Below are positions 25,846 through 39,379 of a stretch of 64,000 bases of DNA, piece by piece. A program made the position numbers and the translations under genes. The notes beneath the pieces are model-generated. The model did no database searches and was not told the DNA's origin. It worked only from the letters and a program-made list of their open reading frames with translations. Every line of letters starts with the position of its first letter. The stretch's first letter is position 1. Origin of the DNA: Rhizophagus irregularis (Eukaryota); contig NC_089429.1 of NCBI RefSeq assembly GCF_026210795.1, positions 7,626,001 to 7,690,000 on the forward strand, in the 5' to 3' direction.

Positions 25846-26735
25846 TGTATCCACCATAACTTCACACCATTATCCTCATAGCACTAAAAGACTAAAGTGA
25901 ACTATTTCCTTGTGAATGTTATATATCCTTAGTCCTATTCTAAAAACGGTCATAATATAATTGACACTTTTTTCTAAAAATATACTGCCTTTGCGAAAGA
26001 CTTACGCTCAACTATACACCCTTCGTTGTTGTTCAATCCTCAATAGTAATTAATAAATACATTGCTTTTAAAAACTATTACATACATTTGAAATTATACC
26101 ATATAGTAGTTCATAATTTCGTTTTTCTAGTTGTGTTGTTAATAAAACGAACGTAAATTTGATCAATAAATAATATACTTTATATAAAATATTACGTTAG
26201 TTACGCTAATTAAGTCATTGTTAAAAGTAAATTTACACTAATAGTTCTCTTGTTGGTCGTGGAAATGTTTAATTGAATATAATTATATTTCTGGGAGCAA
26301 AGTAAGGGTATATAAAAAAACGTCATATCTGTTATTAAAAAAAAATCCCAGAAAATTTTTTTTATACCACCCCCATATCAATTGTTAAAGATGATGTGAT
26401 CTTGATAACATCGCCACATAAAAAAACGAGGCTGTACGCGGGGAACATATTTAAAATTAGAAATTCCGTATGAATTCCGTCTAAAAATTTTATGGGGCAA
26501 ACCTTATTATTTATGTACTCGTATGATTGTATTACAGAGCGAAACCTTAACAGGTAATATTAACTATTAACTTGGGGTTTCGGCTGAAAATGGTATGATA
26601 GAGAGTAATTTTTTTTTTTAAAAAAAAAATATTTATAAATCTATTCTTCAAGTCGATAGTAGATAATTAAATTTTAATCTTTTCAAATATTGACTTACAT
26701 CCCTGTGAAATTTTTTTTGTAAAAAGCTCTGATAA

Positions 26736-27420
26736 ATGATCCTAAGACGTAAGATGAGTGAAAAGGAAAATCTTAAAGACAAAAGTCTAACAAAACTAGA
26801 ACTTGAGTTAAAACGTCAAATTTTCAAACAAAATCAAATTTTTTCAAATATTACTAAAATCTTCAAATGTGTGCAAATTTCATTAATACTCCTTTTAATA
26901 ATATTCCTCTTGATAAATGCCATCCTTACCATCTCCAATCTGAACCATTCGCCTTCCAATATTTATCAAAGGTGGATGCTCTGAAATTTATACAGCAGCA
27001 TATCTATTATAATATTTTATTTAATTATCAATGAAATAGTACACCTAATAGATTTTATGAAAAAAAATTAACTCAACAATACGAGTTAGAAAAGATTAAG
27101 TTGGAAATAGAAAAATTACGTGCTGAAAATGAAAAAGTTAAATTAGCAGCTACCAAATCCCAATAAAAATTTTCCCATTCCAAAAAAAACTCCGATATGT
27201 GATCAATTTTCTAAAAAATTTAGTATTACATATAATTCATTTACAGATGAGCCAAGACATATAATTCATTTACAGATGAGCCAAGTGAAAATTCATATTA
27301 CAAAATTTAGGACAAGGAAGAAAATGTGTTGAATCTAAAGGAGGATCAACAAAAGATGGATAATAATGAAGATATTAAAGCGGAATTAACAAAAATCACT
27401 AATAAAGAAATGCGGTACAG
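26736..27420 (+). pseudogene. Decayed small membrane/coiled-coil protein gene
   Basis: 82-aa ORF with one hydrophobic segment, then separate coiled-coil-like text (YELEKIKLEIEKLRAENEKVK); 28-bp tandem duplication at ~27229-27285. Confidence 0.35.
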
Positions 27421-28885
27421 TAAAACATATTATAATGATTGAGAAGTTACAGTTTATTATATATATATGTGTTATATATATTTATTTATAAGGTCGTTCC
27501 TTATCGGTCGGGATAAGGAACGGGTGGGCTTCGTAGGGTATAAGTGGGGGTTCGTTCTTGGATAAGGATGGGCAAAGAGTTTCAATTAGTGTTATTATTC
27601 TTTTGAATGTATAGGACTTTTTTATTGTTTACTCTCCCTGCTTTTACATAAAATAAATATATATTTATTTATATACATCCTTTATATCATTATATCATTA
27701 TAACTTAATATTGAAGATACTTGTTCATTAATCATATTTTTTATTCATATTGTAAAAATATACTGATACTTAAAATATCATATTTGTTATAGTATATTTA
27801 AGTTAATAAATTGTATTAATCAAAAATTTACTTTAAAATTATTAAAGGTATATAATATTTTTAAACTAAAAATTTTATTGAATCATAGGACCATAGGCAT
27901 TTGTTTTTGCAAATAAACAATCTTGAATTTTAAAAGTTGAATTATTAATGAAAATTAAATAGCAATTACAGTCAAAGCTTGTTATAGTAAACCCTTAGTT
28001 CCAATCACTATAACAAATATTCACAAAAATGAAAGATTTCTTTATAGTAGTAAACCTTATATTAATACAATAAAAAGTTTCTTTACTATGGTAAATAGGG
28101 GAGCCAGTAGTTCCTTTTAGTTTGTATTATTTGTATCAATGATTTTTGTACTTACTTTAATAAATTGACTTACAATTTACAAATTACAATCTTAGCACAA
28201 AAAAAACAATAAAAAGTTTCTTTTAATAAAAGTATTTAATTTGATTTTAAAGCATTAAGAATTTCCAATTCTATGTATATTTAGACCAATGAATTCTTTA
28301 TAATTTTTTTATCTGATAATAGTTCTATTGGCATTTTATAATATAATCTTGTAAATAAGTAAATTTGATTTTTTATACAAATAATATTAATAATAAAATG
28401 AAATACTAATCCTAATTTTTGTGTTTAAAGTGATTTGTAAACAATATACTAATAGAAAAAAAGAAAATTTAATTAAATTTAAAAATTCAAAATCAAGTTT
28501 ATTATTATTTTGTTATCTAATAGTTCAATTTGATTTAAAAAAAAGTTTATTTAAATCTGATTACTAAATTTTAGAATAATTACAAAACTAAAATAATAAA
28601 AAATATTAATTTTAATATAATTAATTATAAGTTGTATATTAAATATTTGAAGTTCTAATATGAGTATAGTATAATATTTATTAAGAAAATCGTGTTAGTA
28701 TTAATTTTATTTACTAATTTTTGAGTATAATTTTATTATTTTAGTCAAATAAAATTAATTTTCTTTATTAATTAAAAGTTATTTAGTAAAAACAAATTAC
28801 TTATATATTAATTTTTATGAATTTATATAAATATAATACTTATGGGAAAAATTATATTTTTCATAATAGCATTAACTTTTAAATT

Positions 28886-31800
28886 TTATTATTATTATTA
28901 TTATTATACTCAAAGGGAGCAGCATTCCTTATTTAAAGGAAAAGTTACAAGAACCAAATCCTATTCAAATAGATATAGATTATACCCTACCCGCCTGCAG
29001 ATATCATGAGTCAGACGCCACACCGCTGAAACTAAATTGTAAATATAAACCTAGTATACCAAAATTTGAATTGATTAAAATTAAACATTATAACCAATCT
29101 AACTAATCTGAGGAATAAAATAAAAATAGGTAAATAAATCTACAGGTCCCAATCTCTAAATAAAGATCAAAATTCACAATTTAACCCATCTAACGATTTT
29201 GATGAGCGAATAATCCTGCTTGATCCATCATCTTTCGGAGGGACCTGGCGAAACGTTCAGCTGGCTTGATTAGAGTACCTCCTCTTGAGTCGACAATGTT
29301 ACGTCGTACGTTTCAAGTTCATCACTGACCGTGGTTTACGCCGGACAGAGTTGTTATGTTTGTTGTTACTGACCGATCTTTTCATTGAGGTTCATTGAGG
29401 TGGAGATACCGTTTGTACTTTCCCACTGAACGGTCAAACGACATCTGGGAGTCCACCATTCTATGAAAATCTGGGTAACCATGATAGTTAGCAATTTGGT
29501 ACAAAATGTAATACATTTATTCCTGGTGAAATTAAACAGTTTTGACGCTTTATTCGTCATGGATGCGTCGATTTTTCCTTTTATTGCATCCTGAAAGATC
29601 GATGAAAACTCCTCTGAAGTCCAGAAATTCCAATTAATCTTTTGAGCAAATTGTCCGCTTGCTGTTGATTTAAAATCTAAGTCTCTTTGTAGTATGGTAA
29701 GCAGGGACGAGTGAAAATTGCCGCTTTGGCTTCTATTGCTCTGTGTCCTGTACATGGACCAATATGTGCTACCGTTTCATATTCTATATTACACATTGGG
29801 CAAATGAAATTTTTGTACAGCGTTGGATTACGTAATTGGAGCATTTTTCCTATCGGTAATAGGTTGTTCAGCAATTTAATCCAAAACGCCCAGAATTTGT
29901 TGCGAATAGAATTTGTGCATTTGACATGTTTGACTTAATTTTTTATACGGTCTATTAAGGCATCTTGATTACAGCTTAATTGGCCCCATTGCGCGTCATT
30001 AAAAAATTGCATCATGTTCTTAATATTATCGATCGTTGGTAAAAGTTTTATATCATCGTGGGCTAGGTTGAATTGAGTCGAAGACTAGTACTAGCGAGCT
30101 TGGCTAATTCATCTACTTTCTCGTTCCATATATACCCACTGTGTCCTTTTACTTTATGAAGCTCTAAATCTCTCTAACTACTTTAAAAATTCTATATAAT
30201 AATAAAAAGTTATTTCTAACTAAAAAATTTCTCGGTCTGGTACCTAATATTCCATTAATTGTTTGTATCGCTCCCGCGCTGTCTGTTTATACTGTATGTG
30301 CACTTTCGATCCATTTGAACAAGTAAGTAACGCCAGTAAAATTGCATATATTTTCGCCCTGGTCGAAGATGGCCAATTGTCAATGCGCGACACAAAATGT
30401 TCTTCTGTTGTAATTTCAATAAAATGCTGCTCCTTGCGCTACCTCATAAGTATTTGGTTCCATTTGATTTTCGATCTAGCATTGCCGTCTATGATACTAC
30501 CATGGGAGCGTTTTTTAAGATTACCATCGGTATAAAATTTTAGTTGATTTAGTGTTAACAAACGTCCATTAAAGTCTTAGTTAAATCCGAAGAGCCGAAC
30601 CTTATACCTATTAACCGATCTTGGTCAATTAATACTATAGCCGGCGTGGAGGCGATACCCGATTCACTGTACTCTATTGATTCACTGATTGATGTCGGAG
30701 ACGAATCGTCATTGGTGAGAACTGGGCTTCCATCTGCGTATTGATTGTTGGTTGACACACAAAGGCAATTTGTTGTAATTAAGTTTAACGGAGTATTTGT
30801 CGCAAAGTTGCCATCTTTGTGCGTCACATTAAGTGTTCTTGCCGATTTTCTAGGAATGTCAAGTGTTAAACTGCGAGCTGGCTTTTCAAGTTGGTATAAA
30901 TTACCCAAATGTGAATCAAAACTAGCTATGTTCCAGATTTCTACGGATAACATATCCTTCTTGTGTGATTTCATGGTAATCTTGGCTACTTGGTATTCTT
31001 TTCTTCTTTTGAATACAATCCATTATTTGTTTCGCCTGTCGTTGGATGGGATCGGTAGATAATCGTTAAAGAAGGCCGGAAGATTATACCTTAAACCGTC
31101 CTTAAGTAATCTCGAGATGTCATTTTGCGAGAACAACCATTCTAGGTGCTTGAACCATATGGCTTTTTTCCCTTTGACTGACAGTCCGGAGAGGAATCCC
31201 GATTGAACCCATGTTATCATATGTCGTCCATCATGCGTTACAAGTTAGTGGGCAAAGAATAGGGCGCCGGTTTCGGTTCATTCATCTTTAATAACGATGA
31301 CGGGGTGAAATAGTTAATCCATTCATCGAGTATGGTTCTATTGACCTTCTATCCTGAACGAGTCCTTCACACGATTTGTATTAAGTTGTAGACCTAGGTC
31401 ATAGGTGAGCAATAAACAATATACTGCGAAATTTTTCTAACCCAATATTTCCTTCGTGAAATAAGATTGAGTTAGACTGGACTTTGCTATTTCTATCGTA
31501 TGCTTAACGAATGATAATATGGTTTTTCTATCTGATCCCATTCTCCTTTTGACAATATCAGTGTCTGACTGAGATATGCTATCTTGGGGTAAAGGACTTT
31601 ATTAATTAAATAAACTACATGAGCAATCGATAGCAATTTCTTCACTTTTCTTCCCTACTGTTTGTAAGAAGATATCTCGGATTCCTACAATCCTTTGTTT
31701 GTTTAATAATCTGGCCCTTTTGCTGCCAAGAAGACCCCTAGATAACGAACTTCCTCGCTTGTGACCCTGATGATACCATTGTGTGAATCTCCCAAGTAAA

Positions 31801-33400
31801 CTTTATTCGCCGTTATGGGTAATGGTGAGTTGAAAACTAACAAGTCACATTTTTTGATATTGATAAATATATCCATCATGCTATAAAATGAGTTCGCTAT
31901 GTTCAGAACTACTTGCATACGTTCTTTGGAGGTTTCAATGAACGCTGTGTCATCCATATAAGCTGCTACTGCCACTGAATTATTGTATTTAACCCACGTA
32001 TTCGGGTTGGCAGGATCGGTGGGCATTCACAGCTGATTTCATAACCATATAGTTTCTGTTTTGTTGTATCTCTCGTTGTGGTCGCTTTGAGCAGAGGATC
32101 ATAGTAGATTCGCCATATCAAAGGGGATAGACTATCGCCTTGATCTACCCCATCCCCTGCTGTGAAAGAAGGTGTAGTTCCAAAGGCTGTAAGTATCTGG
32201 GCTTTTCTGTTAGTAAAGAGCCTAATAATTAAGGTGATCAATCGATCTGGAAGGTTCAGGCGTTGACGCGTTGTAGCGCTAAATTCAGTCCTGTCATGCT
32301 GATGGAGTCAAGGTTTTGGATATATCTTTAAACATAAACCATAATTGTTTTTTGTTGGTTTTTGCGTCTTCAATTAATTATTAATTATCTGTATTGGAGT
32401 GGTTGTGGAATCTCCGGGTAGTCCACAATAATTTTGCTGACACAGTATGGTGTTGTGTTCCGTCAGTATTTTCCTAAACGCATACTTATTGTTTTGGTTA
32501 ATAACTTTCTAAAATTGTCCAAAAGCGCGATGGTCTAACGTTTGCCATGTTGCGTTATCAGTATAAGATTTAGGGCGCATCAAATTAAATTCTGTAATCC
32601 TGGAGGTAATTTTTTAATCATAATATAATTAACTCCTGTGACTCCTGCTGCTGATTTTTCGTTTACACTTTTCAAGATTGTATCCCATTCCTCATCATCA
32701 ATTTCTGTGAGTACTTCATCAAAAACCTGTTCATTCCGAGTCACTGGTTCATATATCTTTTGCCAAAAGGTGGCATATCATGGATTGATGAGAAACTGAC
32801 CCTCTTTTTTCTGAACTGATGTGAATATGAGGCTATTGCTTGTTCCGATATATATTAACAACTCGAGGGGTGCACTTTTAGCAGTCGGTCAATAGGAATT
32901 GATTTGCGATCCATTTGGATTAATCGCTCTCAATTTGTTGGATCCTCTTTTCTATTGCTTCTGATATTTCAGTACGTTGCTTGGCTAGCATTTTAGCTCG
33001 TTCATGCTTTTGACGGGCCTTAAGTACCGCTTTTACCAAGTGGTTGTTAATGGTACAAGATTTGGGTTTAGATAGGTTTCGTCCACTTCCGGATAGTCTG
33101 TATTATATTTTGTGGCTATGGAAAACCAATCGCTGAGCTCATGGCTTAAGTCATGTGCATTATTATTATCTTGGCGTGGGTTGGCCGCCTCATTCAGCAT
33201 GAGATTCAACCACCTTGCTAAGTTTCGCGTGTGTTTTTCGGGTTGAAATAATTTGTTGTTAATTACTTTCCTTTTCTTTGATCTTCTTTCTTGTGTGGGA
33301 GAGTAGCGCGTGCTGTGTCCACTAGCGTCTCGGTAATATAATTCCATGTAATTTCTATATTGTCTTGAATAGTCTTAATATCGTTACTTTCTTTTGCATT
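28886..33400 (-). mobile_element. 5'-truncated, decayed non-LTR retrotransposon (LINE) with RT, RNase H and C-terminal zinc-knuckle-like motif
   Basis: RT motifs GVDQGDSLSPLIW, AAYMDDTAF, VRYLGV; RNase H FYTDG..SSTRAKIYAILLAL..KVKGHSGYIWNEKVDELAK (~30090-30545); CPMC..ETVAH..C (~29750-29810); 3' (TAA)n tail at 28886-28907; many stops and frameshifts. Confidence 0.92.
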
Positions 33401-36400
33401 AGCAATATCCTAATTGTATCGTGAAAAAAGTTTCAACAAAGGACTTTACCGTCTAATAATTTTTTTTTCTTTTTTTTTTCCTGATTATTACCAAAGTATC
33501 ATATAAAAAAGGAATTTTTTTTTAATATTTTGGGTAGAGAAAAAAAAAGGAAAATTTAGATCTCGCCCTCATACTGATGTAATGTTTAAATCTCGCCTTT
33601 ATTCCAAAAAAGGATATTTTGTACGCTGATCGTTTAATTCTGGCTAGAATTAAATACGTCACGTGATTTAATGAAAGTGAACTTGCAGAGAGGATTGAAT
33701 ATTTTTTTTTAAAAAATTTATTTTAAGGATAATCAACCCTTTATATAAATATATGGGTTTTATATATAGCAAAATCTATAACAATTATTTATTAATATTA
33801 TGTAATGTCAAAATCAACAGTTAATTGCAAAAAAAATTAATATTTTATTAACTAATTACATAATAAATTTTATTAAATTTATATTTAAAAAGAAAAGTAG
33901 ATAACTACTCCAATAATTTTAAAAAAATTTTAATTACTTATTAATATTTTTAAAATATATATAAATAAATTTAAAGAAAATAAATAATTTTATTCAAATA
34001 TTACAATGATTTTTATTTTAATTCTCAATAAAGTTTTTAATAAATTTATTACTATATATAAATAATATAAATGTACTATTTATTTGCGAAGTATCAGAAA
34101 GTTTTAATTAATTTAAAAATAAAATATTTATAACTTTTAACTTGCTTTTTTGATTTAATTTTATAAATAAAATTATATTATTTGATAAAGTTTAATTCTA
34201 AGAATTAAAAGTAAAGTTTTGTTTAAGTTTTATAGATCAGAAAATTTTTTTACTTATAACAAATTTGGATTTAACAATTTTTACTATGATTTCATTAAAC
34301 AATTTTTTTTTTTATATACTATTAATTTTAAAAAGTATAATTATTTTGGAAAAACCTTTTTACTATACAAATATAAATAAACCATTCCAAATTAATAATT
34401 AGTTTAATGTCTTTTCTAGCTGAAAAATTTAAGGAAAAAAAGGAATAATTTAAACAAATATAATATTTAAATATATTAAAATTTTCAGAAAATCAGAAAT
34501 ATTTGGTTTTATTTAATAATTTTTAAAAAAAGAAGAGGTGCTTTAAACATATGTGAATATATGTATTTAAATTACCTTTAAATTTTCAAAAATAAGGGGA
34601 GAATATTAAATTAAAATTGCCTAATTCTATATAGTTACTGTATATCAGATATTTAAATAATATATTTTAGACATAAAATTAGATTCACATAAAATCTAAA
34701 AATAGTATATGTACAGTTTATGTAGATTTTTTTACACAAATCTACATAAAAAACATGCAAATGCTTTTTTATAAGATAAATTGTTTTTTGATTAACAAAG
34801 TCAATAAAAATTACATTAAATAGTAGTAACTTTAGTAATTTTTTTTTACACAAGACAAACAACTGAACTTTCTACCATAACGTACTTACATACATGTGGA
34901 TGTCACAAATTCCTTTTTTTAAATTTTTAATTTATATGTATTTGTTTATCGAAACCTTGATTTTTTTGCATCATGCTAGTGTTTCGGGCGAAACTGAAAC
35001 TAAATTCTTGATGAAACTTCCAAAACCTGAAACTGTTTTTTTCGTTTATGATATTGTTTCATTTGATGCATTAATAATTCTTTACGTTCAGCTTTTTTTT
35101 CCCAATGTGCTCCTGAAATATTTTATTTGATATAAATAATTTTACAATGAATATGATTTACACGTTAAATAATTCATATTACGTAATAATTTGTTTTAAA
35201 AATTTTTATCTATTACTACAATCATTGGAAAATACGTAATTCGAAATAATATAATTATGTAATTCACTATTAAATACTAAATTATTAATAAACAAATTAT
35301 AATTTTAATTACTTTATAATAAAAAAAACCTATTGTAAACTTTGTTTAGCATCATGAAATCCACCTGTAACCTGTAATAACAATCTAAGACCAAAGCCAG
35401 TAACTTGTATGGATGCAGTATAATCAGGGTATACAAGTGACCCATCCAATGTTTTGATAATAGAAAAGTATTTCATTTTATTTTATGGAATCTTAATTAT
35501 GTAATTTAAATTACACGAAAAAAAAAAATCGCAGTAGAATAAAGAATTATGTCTATAAATGATTATGTTTCAGAAAATATTATACCAATAGAAAAAAGCT
35601 AATCTTTCTCCGCGACACAAATGGGCGGGCACATATATTTTACCATTGTCTTTACGGTCGCATATATTTTTTAACATTGTTCTTTATCAAAGTTTTATCA
35701 ACTATTAAACAAAACTTAATTTAACTCGTGTCAAATTAGGGATCACAGAAATATACGTTCGGTTTATTTGTTTTTCCTGATACATTATAAATAGACCGTG
35801 ATCAAACTCCATTAAAAAATCAACAAGAAAAAAAAAATAAAAAAATAATTCTTTTCAAAACTAAAAATTATTTAAAAATGAATCTCAAACAACATTTACA
35901 CACTAATTTCACTTTTTCTAAATAAAAATTATCGTACTATCATATATCGATGAAATTATTGAGCGTTGCTTGATAATTTCTAAACCGGGGTGCGATGAAT
36001 ATTTTAATATCCCCTCATCGCACCTTGTAAAAAAACTATTTGGTTTACTACATTTCCCAAAATTATTCTATTTCCACAAAAATTATTTTATTATCTCATT
36101 TGAGATGTTATTCAGTTCACAAAATAAAAATTTATTTTTCACATTTTTCCCACATAATTACACGATTCTAAACCTAAATTATTTAACCCTAAAAAAAATT
36201 GTCAGAAAATGATCACGTGTCTGAGTTTCTTTGGAATTTAAAACTAGAATACCAATTTTTAAATTGATCGTATTCGTAGTTAATCGGTTAATCGAATTCT
36301 TAAATATAAAATGTAGTTAGAATTATTTGTTACTATCATATCATATTTTTCTTTGTTTTAAAATATTCTTTGTCCAACAATGCCATCGCAAAATCTTTGT

Positions 36401-36744
36401 GTAATGTATTTCAGAGTCAACCCTGTCATATTATTAGTTCATTTGTCGTTGTACGATCTGCATCATTTGTCACAAAAAACACAAAAAACTGAATTCAGGA
36501 ACAATGTGAAAAATTTAATTGATTAAGGAACATAATTATTTATCTTATTTTATTGTTTGTTCATTTTCGTTTCATTTTTTTATTTGTGTAAAACCTTGGA
36601 TAATTAGTTATTACTAAAGGCATAAAAATTATTAAGTTTAATTTGATAGCGATAAGAAATTTTTTATCTATTTTTAGTAAATATTTAAGGTCTATTGTTC
36701 CATTATTCTTTATTGGTTCATCCCGTGAATATTCTATTTCGACT

Positions 36745-36998
36745 CAGAATCAACTCAAAAGAATCAACTCAGAAGAATCAACTCAGAAGAATCAACTCAG
36801 AAGAATCAACTCAGAAGAATCAACTCAGGAAAATCAACTCAGAAGAATCAACTCAGAGAAGAATCAACTCAGAAGAATCAATTCAGGAAAATCAACTCAG
36901 AAGAATCAACTCAGGAAAATCAACTCAGGAAAATCAACTCAGAAGAATCAACTCAGAAGAATCAACTCAGAAGAATCAACTCAGGAGAATCAACTCAG
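36745..36998. repeat. 14-bp minisatellite (AAGAATCAACTCAG)n
   Basis: About 18 near-perfect units; explains the overlapping repetitive ORFs at 36643 and 36695. Confidence 0.95.
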
Positions 36999-37844
36999 GT
37001 TTTTTGCCGTCTGAATGACCGATAGGTTGAAAATACGGGCCGCGTCGCTTATTACACAGCATCCACATTTTCCGTTATCATTATAGTCATTATGGCATTT
37101 GTTCTCAACCAATAGTTTATTTATTGATTTATGGCTGAAAATGGTTTAATTAGGGATCTAGGTTTCTCAATTGTTTATTCTTTTATCTTTAATCTATATT
37201 GTAATATAAAGAGATTGTGATGTAAATAAAATTGTAGAGAAAAATTGTTTCACAACCTTGTTAGAGGCTTTTCTGCTTCTGAGAAAATAAAAAACTGATG
37301 TCAATGCGTGAATATCAAGAAATAAAAAAGGCTGAAAATTCTAAATTATTGCAAAAACCATGAACCCAGATATTTTTCACGGGATGTTGATCATTTTGGC
37401 TAACGTTCCGGATAATAAATTTAACACCATTTATATAGTAGTGGCGCAACAATTACGATATTCAGATAACGGCTCTATCCTGTTCTATCCGGATCGAAAT
37501 ACTATAATATGGACTCTATTTTTTATTAAAATTGGTGCATAATTACTAATTTATGATCTAAATCTTGAATTTTTTTATTAAATATTATTTCTTACGTTAA
37601 GTATTATACTTCGTTTTTTTGTCATCTTTTTATTCACGACTTGTTATTACATCATTTACATGTGTTACTTTAGATTCCACGTGAACAAAGCCATGGTACA
37701 AATTACAAATTCAGTAAATCACCATACGTAAAAATATCTTGCAAATAAATAGAGGTCTCGTGTTCACCGCGTTCATTTTAACACACACAGACTTTTCCAG
37801 TGTGTATTCTTGAGAAAAAAAAATCGGAGAGGAAAGAGGAAAGA

Positions 37845-38445
37845 TAGAAAACAGAAAATTAAAAAAAGATCTAATGTAGGCGGGCGGAACGCGCGCCTAC
37901 AAATCTTTAAGTTCGTTCTAAATGCTTTTCTTATTCAATTAAGAAAATGTCGTCCTTCAAGGTAATTTATGATAAAAAATTATTTACTATCAATGACTTC
38001 TTTTTCTTCGAAATGTCGTCTTTCATGGTAATTTGATAAAAAATTATTTACTAAAATGACTTCTTTTTTTTATTAGAATATACAGCCTAAGTGAGGACAT
38101 AAATATCGGTATAACGAAATTTCCTAAAAATTTCATATATGTCCATATATGGAGGTTTGACTGTATTCAAGAGTTCTTAAGTTAATACTTTTCTTATTCA
38201 ATTAAGAAAATGTAGGTAATTTATGATAAAAAATTGTTTACTATCGATGACTTCTTTTTCTTTTGAAATGTCGTCTTTCATGGTAATTTGATAAAAAATA
38301 TACTAAAAGATCAATGACTTCTTTTCTTTTGTTAAAATACTCAAGAGTTCTTAAATAAAGATAAAGATGAAGAAAATCAGTGAAGAAAGAAAACAGAAAA
38401 TTAAAAAAGATCTAATGTAGGCGGGCGGAACGCGCCTACAAATCT
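37845..38445. repeat. Rearranged local duplication containing two GC hairpins
   Basis: 'gaaaacagaaaattaaaaaa..gatctaatgtaggcgggcggaacgcgcctacaaatctt' at ~37847 and ~38390; 'cttttcttattcaattaagaaaatg..' at ~37925 and ~38188. Confidence 0.85.
38083..38163. mobile_element. Tiny Tc1/mariner(pogo)-like MITE remnant at a TA site
   Basis: Flanked by TA; right end gaggtttgactg matches the TIR of 59622-60109; the paralogous copy at ~38333-38350 is the empty site. Confidence 0.65.
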
Positions 38446-38911
38446 TATGGTCTACTTCAGATATAAATTTTCAGCTCGATCTATTATGTTCGAGGTTGCC
38501 GCGAAAATATAGTGCCTTTAAGATGCATGCTCATGATGATAAATGATTTTTTTAGGTAATTTTACTTGTATTTTTTATATTAAACTCTTTTTTTTGGAAT
38601 AAATTTATCATTAGATCACGTTTATTAATATATACTTATTGTATAGTAATCCGAAGGTCTTAAATTGAGAAAGATCTTTTGGAAAGAAAATGTATATAAT
38701 CATTATAAATATTTTGTATCTCTCATTAGAGGTACAAATAATAACCTTAAAGAAGTTGTACTCTTCCTTCCCGTGAATCGAATAAGCAACATTACTGATA
38801 CAAATGGAATATTAAATGCTCTTGCAGTATTGCCTAAAGACCTATGCAATAGGTATTTTATTATATAGACTCTCACGATCACACTATTAAATCAGTCACG
38901 AGTTAATTTAT

Positions 38912-38982
38912 AGAAGCACCGGAACCCGTCCAATCTCCGAAGTTAAGCCACTGATGGCACAATCAGTACTACAACGCGGGAC
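38912..38982 (+). rRNA. 5S rRNA gene internal fragment (non-functional)
   Basis: agaagcaccggaacccgtccaatctccgaagttaagccactgatggcacaatcagtactacaacgcgggac has loop C, box A and the agta element; overlaps the 4289-4350 piece almost identically; both ends missing. Confidence 0.8.
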
Positions 38983-39379
38983 ACTTGATAAATTTTACTA
39001 CAAAAAAAGGTTGCAGCATTAAACCTGGATACGACAAAATTTGGCGTGGCGTATTATGTAGTACGATAATAAAGATTTTACAACTAGATAAAGTTCGGAT
39101 GTAATGAAAGTACGGCTCGTATGCCTATTCTGACCAATAAATTGAATTTGATTGTCCTTTAGCCAAGTGTAATTTTTATTTTGAACCGAAAATGAATAAA
39201 AAGTGATATAAATAATAAATAATAAATCATAATAAATCATTAAGATTCTAAAAAAAGAAGGGAGACCAAGAAAAGCGTTTATTTCCAAAGTTAACGTAAT
39301 AACAAAAAAAATTATTAAAATTATTATATATTTAAATCATATCAACATTTATCGTTATCATTCCCGTCAAAATATTCAT

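Noticed and set aside
29711..31062. Plus-strand ORFs at 29711, 30263 and 30745
   Set aside because: Antisense to the LINE ORF.
36745..36998. CRISPR-like or telomeric array
   Set aside because: Contiguous 14-bp units with no unique spacers, no cas genes, a eukaryotic context and no TTAGGG-type repeat.
38648..38852. Exon-like open segment between AG and GT
   Set aside because: No start codon or partner exons could be linked and no family was recognised.
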